A stretch of DNA of 64,000 bases from positions 558,081-622,080 of the forward strand of contig CAXXUA010000003.1 of the NCBI GenBank assembly GCA_963663765.2, written 5' to 3'. The notes beneath the pieces are model-generated. The model was not told the origin of the DNA. It saw nothing but the letters and a program-made list of their open reading frames with translations, and searched no databases. Source of the stretch: Candidatus Poribacteria bacterium. GTDB taxonomy: Bacteria; Poribacteria; WGA-4E; WGA-3G. A program made the translations under genes and the position numbers. Positions 46,201 through 52,815 of this stretch are shown here, in pieces (the first letter of the stretch is position 1; the number at the start of each line of letters is the position of its first letter).

Positions 46201-49043
46201 GTCGTGCTTTCTCCTGCTGTGAACACAGGTGCGTTGTTATCGGGATTTTCATCTACATCCGTCACGTTAATCGTCACGCTTATGGCATCGTTTCCTTTGT
46301 TTCCATCGGATACGGTGACTATAACAGAGTAGGACGACTTCGTTTCGAAGTCTAACGCTCCACTTGTTCGAAGCTGTCCGGTTGTGCTATCAATACTGAA
46401 TGATGAAGCATCGGTACCGCTAAGACCATAAGTCAACGTATCGTCATCTGCATCCGTAGCACCGATAGCCGCGCCGATATTTTCACCTGATGATGTGTTT
46501 TCTGCGACAGAACGAGTTGTGCTATCGCCATCAGTAAACACAGGCGCGCGGTTCTCGTCTACATCGGTGACGTTGATTGTAACGGAAATGCTATCACTAC
46601 CACCATTCCCATCAGATACATCCACAGTTACCGAGTAAGTAGTTTTAGTTTCATAATCCAACGCATCTTTTGTCTGGAGTTGTCCTGACGTGCTAACAAT
46701 GCTAAACGACGACGTATCTGTCCCACTCAACACATAGGTAAGCGTATCATCATCAACATCTGTAGCAGCAATCGCCGCACCAATATTTGTGCCTGATTCC
46801 GTATTCTCAGCAATAGAACGTGTCGTGGTGGCACCTTCTGTAAATATTGGTGCGGAGTTGATACTACTAAACACCTCAACAGGTAAACCATCTGATTTCA
46901 CAAGTGCATATCCAGTATGGGTTGTAGGTAGAATCGGCAGGTTACCAATATCTGCAGTAACCGCAGCGGTCGTATCAGCAGTACGAGTAACCTCGTGTAT
47001 TTGGCTTTCCCTACTGCCCTGCGGGATTGTAAGGGTGATTGTGTTAGTTAGAGTCGTGCCTGTCCTGATGTTTATCGGCACTGAAATATCAAAAAGCGCA
47101 CCTGTTGAGACGACTGTTTTGAGCATGTTCGTACCGAACTTCTCCAACGACACAGTAAGCGGCAATGGCGAGACCGAATTGCCACTCAAGTCAACCGTTG
47201 TCAACGAATGCAGATTGTCAAAAATACCATCTGGAAGGCTACTGAGTTGGTTATTACTCAGGTTAAGTGTTGTCAGTGAAAGCATGCCAGCGAAATCATC
47301 ACTGTGCAACGTGCTAATCCCTCTGCTACTTAAGTCAAGGTTTGTGATGAGTGTAAGTTGCCAATCGTTTACATTACGACAATCGGTGACACCTGGCACT
47401 GCATCGGTAATGGCTTCAGTTACTTGGAGCGTTCGGTTGCAGACTGTAGATCTAGAAAGAACATAGCCGAAGTGGTTCGCAGGCAATGCAGGTAAACCAC
47501 CAATAATGGGTACTATGGTTGAGGTAAATGTCTCACTTATCACGTTTCCTTTCGGTATTGTTTTATTACCGATTCCGCCAAACGGCACAACAACGTCAAA
47601 AGGTGCACCGACAGGTATCACTGCTTGATATTGATCCACACCTACCTGCTGCAACGATACGATAATCGGCAGTGGGGCAACAACGTTACCACCCAGTCGC
47701 AGTGAAGTCAGTGAAGTTAAACCTTTAAATAGACCATTCGGCAGACTGCTGAGCATATTCCCATACAGATTAAGACTCGTCAACCCACTCAAACCACCAA
47801 AATCACCCGATTTCAGTTCGGTAATCCCGTTAGAACGCAGGTCTAGACTTCTAATTGCTGCAAGATGTACATCTGTTACCGCAGTAGCATCTGTTATGCC
47901 CGGTATTGCAGCCACAATCGCATCGCGCACTTGCGGTGTCCGCTCACTCACAGGAAGCGATGCAGAAACCAAATCTGTATCGTTGACATCAATGACGACG
48001 ATAATAACGGTGATACTGTCGATGAGAGTACCATCGGAAACGGTGATAGTAACTGTGTAAAAACGTTTGGTTTCATAGTCCAACGCTGCCTGTGTTTTCA
48101 ACTGTCCCGTGCTGTTATCGATATTAAATGACGATGCATCTATTCCACTAAGCGTATACGATAATTTGTCATTATTTGCATCGGTTGCGCCGACAGCAAC
48201 ACCGATATTGACATCTGCGTTTGTATTTTCTGCCACTGTACGGGCAGCAACTGATCCATCGGTGAACACGGGCGCGATCGCTTCCTGAACAACAGGTGGC
48301 TCTATTGGTTGCGTGACCATAGGCGGTTCTACTGGGTCAACAGTTTCTTCACCTAAAACTTCAATCGGCAGTGTCTCGGATTTGGTAAGCGTATAGCCGT
48401 AATGGTTTTTAGGTAAACCCGGCAATGAGCCGATATTCACAGTAACAGCATCGGTAGTACCAGTAGTGCGAGTAACCGTCAAAGCATCGCTTTCCACACT
48501 GCCCTTGGCAATCGTGAGTGTCGTTGCACTGTCAGCGATACTGCCGTTGAGTGCACTAATCGGCACCAAAATATCAAACGGTGCACCTGTCAGTGCGACT
48601 GCTTTGAACTGCCCACCACTCTCACTGCCACCGACTTTTTCAAGCGAAACACTAATAGGCAACGGGTCAACCGTGTTGCCACCCAAACGCAACGTTGTCA
48701 ATGCTGTCAATCCCTCAAAAATGCCATCAGGAAGGCTACTAAGTTCGTTGTTATACAGATTTAGATTAGTTAGTGCGGTTAACCCAGAAAAGTCGCCTGA
48801 TTTCAACGTTGTAATGCCTTTGGCGCGTAGGTTGAGGCTGGTAATTGCTGCGAGGTGTGCTTCGGTAACATCACCTGCAGTGTCCACACCGGGTACTGCC
48901 GCAATGATCGCATCGCGCACTTCAGATGTACGCTCACTTACTGCCGTGACATCTGCAAAACTCATAAAATTCGTTCCAATGATTGTCAAGATAACAAAAA
49001 AAACATAGATAACCTGTTTATTCTTAACCGTTAATATCTGCAT
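40206..49043 (-). CDS. Giant secreted LRR + cadherin-repeat protein with FlgD/T9SS-like tail (2945 aa)
   Basis: Same architecture as 15075-23405 and 27514-36030; near-identical 303-bp cadherin repeats at 42.3-43.8 kb. Confidence 0.9.
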   Translation of the reverse strand: MQILTVKNKQVIYVFFVILTIIGTNFMSFADVTAVSERTSEVRDAIIAAVPGVDTAGDVTEAHLAAITSLNLRAKGITTLKSGDFSGLTALTNLNLYNNELSSLPDGIFEGLTALTTLRLGGNTVDPLPISVSLEKVGGSESGGQFKAVALTGAPFDILVPISALNGSIADSATTLTIAKGSVESDALTVTRTTGTTDAVTVNIGSLPGLPKNHYGYTLTKSETLPIEVLGEETVDPVEPPMVTQPIEPPVVQEAIAPVFTDGSVAARTVAENTNADVNIGVAVGATDANNDKLSYTLSGIDASSFNIDNSTGQLKTQAALDYETKRFYTVTITVSDGTLIDSITVIIVVIDVNDTDLVSASLPVSERTPQVRDAIVAAIPGITDATAVTDVHLAAIRSLDLRSNGITELKSGDFGGLSGLTSLNLYGNMLSSLPNGLFKGLTSLTSLRLGGNVVAPLPIIVSLQQVGVDQYQAVIPVGAPFDVVVPFGGIGNKTIPKGNVISETFTSTIVPIIGGLPALPANHFGYVLSRSTVCNRTLQVTEAITDAVPGVTDCRNVNDWQLTLITNLDLSSRGISTLHSDDFAGMLSLTTLNLSNNQLSSLPDGIFDNLHSLTTVDLSGNSVSPLPLTVSLEKFGTNMLKTVVSTGALFDISVPINIRTGTTLTNTITLTIPQGSRESQIHEVTRTADTTAAVTADIGNLPILPTTHTGYALVKSDGLPVEVFSSINSAPIFTEGATTTRSIAENTESGTNIGAAIAATDVDDDTLTYVLSGTDTSSFSIVSTSGQLQTKDALDYETKTTYSVTVDVSDGNGGSDSISVTINVTDVDENRAPVFTDGDSTTRSVAENTSSGENIGAAIGATDADDDTLTYGLSGTDASSFSIDSTTGQLRTSGALDFETKSSYSVIVTVSDGNKGNDAISVTINVTDVDENPDNNAPVFTAGESTTLSVPENTGSGADIGSAVSATDSDNDTLTYSLSSTDASSFSIDSTTGQLRTDTSLDYETKSSYSVTITVSDGNGGSDSISVTINVTDVDESPTNNAPVFTAGESTTLSVPENTGSGANIGSAVSATDSDNDTLTYGLSGTDASSFSIDSTTGQLRTSAALDYETKSSYSVIVTVSDGNTGNDAINVTINVTDVDENPDNNAPVFTAGESTTLSVAENTGSGADIGSAVSATDSDNDTLAYGLSGADASSFSIDSTTGQLRTDTSLDYETKSSYSVAITVSDGNGGSDSISVTINVTDVDESPTNNEPVFTAGESTTLSVPENTGSGADIGSAVSATDSDNDTLTYGLSGTDASSFTIDSTNGQLRTSTALDFETKSSYSVTITVSDGNGGSDSISVTVNVTDVDESPTNNAPEFTDGSSLTLTVAENTGSDVNIGSPITATDADDDTLTYRLSGTDASSFSIDSRSGQVKTSAVLNYESKSSYSLTVNASDGNGGTDSISVTIKVTDVNEAPVFLDGTTTTRAIAENVPADINVGRAVSANDPEGDDLTYTLGGTDAVSFSIEGETGQLKTKTTLDYEKKTAYSVTISVSDGSLTDIITVTISITNLDETPSNNPPVFSEGTSTTRSVAENTDAGSNIGTPISATDADKNTLAYLLSGTDAASFSIDSANGQLKTRAALNHEAKASYTVTVTVSDGSGTDSITVTISVTDVNEAPIIPANTEISLSIAENTAAGMNIGGTVSATDPDDGDTLTYTLGGTDAASFDIVGTSGQLQTKTSLDYETKKSYLVTITVSDGTLSDEIDITINVLNVDENRAPVFTDGETTSREVAENTGSGVNIGSAVSATDADDDDLTYTLGGTDATSFSINSTNGQLRTSAALDYETKKSYAVEITVSDGKLTDEIAVTINVSDVDENRAPVFTDGETTSREVAENTGSGVNIGSAVSATDADDDDLTYTLGGTDASSFSINSTNGQLRTSGALDYETKKSYSVEITVSDGKLTDEIAVTINVSDVDENRAPVFTDGETTSREVAENTGSGANIGDAVSATDADDDDLTYTLGGTDASSFSINSTNGQLRTSGALDYETKKSYSVEITVSDGKLTDEIAVTINVSDVDENRAPVFTDGETTSREVAENTGSGANIGDAVSATDADDDDLTYTLGGTDATSFSINSTNGQLRTSAALDYETKKSYAVEITVSDGKLTDEIAVTINVSDVDENRAPVFTDGETTSREVAENTGSGANIGDAASATDADDDDLTYTLGGTDASSFSIVSTSGQLQTNAALDYEMKNSYSVTITVADGNGKSDTIDVTIKVTDVAENSIPAFTDGESTTRSVAENTAANMNVGTAVSATDADSSDTLTYTLGGTDADSFSIVSTSGQLQTKAALDYEAKKFYSVTITVSDGNGGEDNISVTINITDLNENLPMFTEGETATRSIEENTASSTEIGDPVSATDADSSDTLTYSLGGTDAASFALVTTSGQLKTKAPLNYEQKDTYSVTVSVSDNKGGSDSIAVTINITNVAIEPPQQLMNTNVLSGRTSQVQDAIVENIDGVDAAANVTAAHLAAITSLSFSSQGITSLSANDFDGLTGLTDLSIYDNGSMTSLPDGLFDGLTALERLRIVDSNVTSIPDNIFDELSALTELDLKFNAITSLSDSTFDGLSSLQDLFVGHNSISSLSADVFEGLASIELIRLADNDLSSLPSDVFDGLSSLKTINIGDNLLTDASEFENLTSIDKLYLYRNPISDYGPLRTLKKNNTDIDIDLNIDNNPPIFTEGASTTRSVAENTEVGTNIGNPLSATDADGNTLMYFNDYSGDSSTNYLGDAEPFGLDKYSGQLRTKEALDFETKSSYTFSIFVRDILDIHYGRPRNHSGTDIITVTINVTDVAGAAPSVQPPSASPDDTALFSNYPNPFNPETWIPYQLANPSEVSITIYDVRGNVVRQLGLGRQPAGIYTNRSRAAHWDGRNAYGEGVANGVYFYQLQADKISILRKMVILK

Positions 49044-49714
49044 AAAATCTCCCCTTTTTAGTAATAGTTAGCGCATTTTACGCGCTTTCTTGTTAGTTCG
49101 AAAGTTGGGTTTCGCTGTCGGTCTATCCAACTTACATCTACATTTTCAAATCTGCCCAACGAGTGGTAAATTTACCGGAGGCGGATACAAGTCCTCTCAG
49201 AAACAAGTAATAGTTGCGAATGTAAATAGAATCACAAACAGACATGACACATAAAATCTCATTTTAAATTCTCCTGTAAAGTTAAAAGTTGAAATTATTT
49301 ACCAATATTTGAACCTGCGGGTAACTCCACAGGAGCATTCTTTTAATACCCAATTAACTGGATTAATCTTATTTTTCGACTTTAGGTACGGTTTCCTAAC
49401 CAATGACCAAAGAATTGTCCAGCGAGGATTCCGCACCCGTGAAAACAAGACGAATCATGTTAATCTGGTATAACACGGTCACAAGCGTCCAAATGCTATT
49501 TCTGTTGACACAATTCACAGAACGTACATCGTACACATATCGCTCGTAAGCCGTTTGATTTTGGTGGATTATTTTTTTCTCTACGCGCGTCCACCTGTCG
49601 CGAGGTCCTAAACCAATCGTGATTGTTAATGAAGTTTGCAACTGCTCCGGTTTTCTTGCCAACGGTTATTGATAGGTATGGTTTTGAACAATGTCTACAG
49701 TTATGAAGTACCCA

Positions 49715-49850
49715 CTATTTCAAAATCAACATTTTACGCAAGGCAGAATAATCCCCTGCCTTGAACTGATAAGAATACACGCCACTCGCCACAAGTTCTC
49801 CCTGCGCGTTTTTACCATACCAATGGGCACCGTTGCTACGATAAGGTGTT
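49715..49850 (-). pseudogene. Orphan secretion-tail stub
   Basis: ...AHWYGKNAQGELVASGVYSYQFKAGDYSALRKMLILK*. Confidence 0.7.
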
Positions 49851-49979
49851 TGATAAGTAAAATGTTGACATCCGTAAACAGTTTTCTTTTCATTAGAAAA
49901 TTCTCCTTTTCAATCATTAATGGTTTGCAGGCGCGATTCGGAGATCGCACCTACAAAAAGCGGAACCCATAAATAGGCT

Positions 49980-50486
49980 TTATTCTTTTTTGAAACCGTA
50001 GACTTTGCCAGTATCACTGGTTAATGTGAGCGTATCTCCTTCTACTGACCATGTACCAATATCTATTTCTGTATTTCCAAAAGTTGATCCCAACGTGTCA
50101 AGATCGTCACCAGTGTCTGTCTCTTCCACTGGAATTGTAGAGGACATTGGTGTGAGGGTATAGTTAGCATCAGATAAAGCGTAAGTTCCCATAACCTCGT
50201 ATGACTCTGTGATTTCATCGACCATTATAGTTATATCTCTCTGCCATGTCTCATCTTCATGAAATGTCCACATATCAGAATAAGAGATCTCTATTCCAAA
50301 AATTGTCGCGACTAGTTTTGCTTCCGCAATTTGTGACTCAACACTTTCGCCTTCAAAGGTTTCAAGGCTCCATGTTCCCACCCACGGATTATCTTCCTCA
50401 TCTTCGCTGCAGCCACTAACTCCGATCATTAGACCGGCACAAAGAATCACTAACATGAACTTATAGAATCTAACCTGTTTAAACAT
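49980..50486 (-). CDS. Lipoprotein, lipocalin-like
   Basis: Lipobox VSGC, NPWVGTW and GTWSVEGDTLTLT motifs, RBS aaggag. Confidence 0.75.
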   Translation of the reverse strand: MFKQVRFYKFMLVILCAGLMIGVSGCSEDEEDNPWVGTWSLETFEGESVESQIAEAKLVATIFGIEISYSDMWTFHEDETWQRDITIMVDEITESYEVMGTYALSDANYTLTPMSSTIPVEETDTGDDLDTLGSTFGNTEIDIGTWSVEGDTLTLTSDTGKVYGFKKE

Positions 50487-50642
50487 TTTTTTATTCTCCT
50501 TTCTAAATTACACCAAACACGTAAGTGTGAGGCTTCGGTTGACGATTGCGCTAAACAATCTATGAGATGGTTTGTGTATCGACTCCAGGATTAAAAATCA
50601 ATCCTGATACAGCGTTACTTATAGTTTGTATCAAATGACCCC

Positions 50643-50672
50643 ATGAGTTATACTTTTAGTATGAGTTATACT
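50643..50672 (+). repeat. 12-bp direct repeat ATGAGTTATACT x2 inside the element left end (possible protein-binding site)
   Basis: 50643-50654 and 50661-50672; also present in copy C. Confidence 0.7.
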
Positions 50673-50720
50673 AACGAGTAGATGTATTCGGATCCCGTTA
50701 ATCTATTCATGGAGGTCAAC

Positions 50721-51521
50721 ATGAACCGCAAAAAGGATACCGCCTACGGTATTAACCGGCTCGAATCCAAGAATGCCAGAGCCGCTATTATTCAGAAGAT
50801 ATCAGCAGACTTTAATCTAATGCCTATTGTTGCTGAAGCCTACTATAAACAGATTTCTACTTACTTTGAACAACATACCGATGTGAAACTGACATCAGGA
50901 CAAATCTGCTACGAGGCTGTCGCTGCTGAGGAACCCGCAGGTAAACACATCGCTTTAGCGAAAAAAATCTCCTGTCGGCTCACCCTCAATGACACAAACG
51001 CTGATCTTGAAGTCTTAGCGACTTATGGACTTGCAGGACTCAGACGACATCGGATCCTCCGATTGACCAAAGAAGCCTATGACCAAGATTCCTTACTGAG
51101 CTATGAAGATTTAGCTGTCTTATTAACCACCAGTCCTTCTACAGTCAAACGTGACATTCGTCAGTTGAAACAGGAAGGATATTTCGTTATGACGCGCGGG
51201 ACGAAACACGACATGGGTCCCGGCACTTCTCATAAGACGCAGATCTTGGAGCTGTATTTCAAAGCCTATACCTTTACCGAAATCGAGCAAAAAACGAACC
51301 ACAGCGAACGCGCTGTCTACCGCTACTTGAGAGACTTCACACAAGTTGCTACGCTCCATCATCAGGGGTTCCCTAACGCACAGATACGTCTCATTTCCCA
51401 TCTCTCTGATAGGCTAATCCGCGAGTATCTCTCGCTGTTCAAGGAATACCAACACACCGAACGCATGAACCAACTTCTTCACCCAGAACCAGAGGAAACA
51501 AAAAAGGGGGATCTCTCATGA
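50721..51521 (+). CDS. DUF1670-like protein A
   Basis: RBS ggagg; EAYDQ..LL..EDLAVLL..S..TVKRDI...TRG..HD.G...SHK...HS..AV.RY pattern, recognised from memory as DUF1670. Confidence 0.75.
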   Translation: MNRKKDTAYGINRLESKNARAAIIQKISADFNLMPIVAEAYYKQISTYFEQHTDVKLTSGQICYEAVAAEEPAGKHIALAKKISCRLTLNDTNADLEVLATYGLAGLRRHRILRLTKEAYDQDSLLSYEDLAVLLTTSPSTVKRDIRQLKQEGYFVMTRGTKHDMGPGTSHKTQILELYFKAYTFTEIEQKTNHSERAVYRYLRDFTQVATLHHQGFPNAQIRLISHLSDRLIREYLSLFKEYQHTERMNQLLHPEPEETKKGDLS

Positions 51522-52402
51522 GTAAACCTTTGACGCGCACACAAATCAACGAGAAGAAATTCAGACGCATCAACGATAAATCCCTACGACAGTTGCTTAT
51601 CCATCGCTTTCTCAATGACTACGGGTATGACAAAGGCGAAGTCACTGCCACTGCCATTGTTGATGATATTCTCAAGACCGTTGAGGACTATTTCGTAATT
51701 ACCCTCCCCTTGGAGAAACTCGCCACCGGCGATCAACTCACAGATGAGCGTTTCCTGAGTTATGGACAACTCGTTTGGATGGCCGTCCCTATTGATGAAC
51801 ATCCAGAAAGAGGGAAGTCCATCGTCAAAACTCGGATGAAACCCATCATCTTGACCTATCTCGCTACCGAGGATATTGAATCTTTTCGAAACGGATTTAC
51901 CTCCCGACAACTGCGAATCAATCGCTTAGTCCGCTGGTGTCATCAAGCTTATGACCAAGGTGCTTTATTGACACAACTCGATTTAGCCGTCTTGCTGAAC
52001 GTCTGCGATGCTGTTGTCTGTGATTATGTCAATGAATGGCAAAAAACCACTGGCGACATCTTGCCCACTCGGGGCAACATCCATGATTTATCAGGTGCCA
52101 TTACCCACAAGAAAGAGATCATCACGCTCTATCTTCAAGGACATCTTACTCCCAGAATCGCCGCAAAAACCAAACATTCTAAGGAGGCAGTTGACCGATA
52201 CATTCGCGATTATGAGAGCGTCAAAGTCGTTCGCAACGCAACTGCAGATATTGATACAATCTCACAGATTACACGACTTTCTAAACGCGTTATCACTCAA
52301 TATCTTGACCTTATTCCACAGCACCAACTTCAAACTATGGATGCAAACCTTACCAATTCATCTACAAACGATGAAACAACACACCAAGGAGAAGCACAAT
52401 GA
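51518..52402 (+). CDS. DUF1670-like protein B (paralog of A, ATGA-coupled)
   Basis: QAYDQGALLTQLDLAVLL...PTRGNIHDL...THKK...HSKEAVDRY. Confidence 0.78.
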   Translation: MSKPLTRTQINEKKFRRINDKSLRQLLIHRFLNDYGYDKGEVTATAIVDDILKTVEDYFVITLPLEKLATGDQLTDERFLSYGQLVWMAVPIDEHPERGKSIVKTRMKPIILTYLATEDIESFRNGFTSRQLRINRLVRWCHQAYDQGALLTQLDLAVLLNVCDAVVCDYVNEWQKTTGDILPTRGNIHDLSGAITHKKEIITLYLQGHLTPRIAAKTKHSKEAVDRYIRDYESVKVVRNATADIDTISQITRLSKRVITQYLDLIPQHQLQTMDANLTNSSTNDETTHQGEAQ

Positions 52403-52469
52403 TACCCTAACCTCCTATTCCAAACGAACTTTATTCTGCAAAACCGGGGTAGTTTCCCTGAAAATAGGG

Positions 52470-52498
52470 TTGATAACCGTCCCCAGCCTTGCTATAAT
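52470..52498 (+). promoter_or_regulatory. Sigma70-type promoter in the element 3' non-coding region (copy B)
   Basis: TTGATA-17 nt-TATAAT with extended -10 TG. Confidence 0.7.
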
Positions 52499-52504
52499 TT
52501 AGAC

Positions 52505-52617
52505 ACGTTTATCGCTAACCGCATCATTTCTCAAAGAGAATGGTAGCGATTCCAACTTAACCCACTCATCAACGATGGTTGCGAAGCTAATAAACATCAG
52601 CATTCCAGCTATCCTAT
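52505..52617 (+). ncRNA. Putative element-encoded small structured RNA
   Basis: Lies downstream of the conserved promoter; two hairpins; the 3' about 85 bp are identical in copies A and B; inferred, with no expression data. Confidence 0.4.
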
Positions 52618-52629
52618 GGTCATTTGATA

Positions 52630-52815
52630 CTATTTCAGTATCAACATTTTGCGTGTAGCAGAGACCTTCCCTGCTGATAATGTATAGAAATACACGCCGC
52701 TTGCGACGTGTTCTCCTTGTGCGTTTTTGCCATTCCAATGCGCAGCATGGTTATGGTTTTGAGACATACCCACCTGTAGGTGTCCAAGTGCTAACGTCCG
52801 CACTAACGTGCCGTT
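52630..52815 (-). pseudogene. Secretion-tail fragment, out of frame with the upstream WD40 gene
   Basis: ...AVNGTLVRTLALGH...RKMLILK*; stop overlaps the element right end. Confidence 0.75.

Larger units (their letters stand above)
50621..52633 (+). mobile_element. DUF1670-pair element copy B (intact, 2013 bp) with subterminal inverted repeats
   Basis: TT-ATAGTTT-GTATCAAATGACC (IR 50628-50640) ... GGTCATTTGATAC (52618-52630)-TAT-TT; ends defined by comparison with copies A and C. Confidence 0.88.

Noticed and set aside
50615-50645. IS1111-style promoter created at the circle junction
   Set aside because: The predicted junction gives no -35/-10 pair at acceptable spacing
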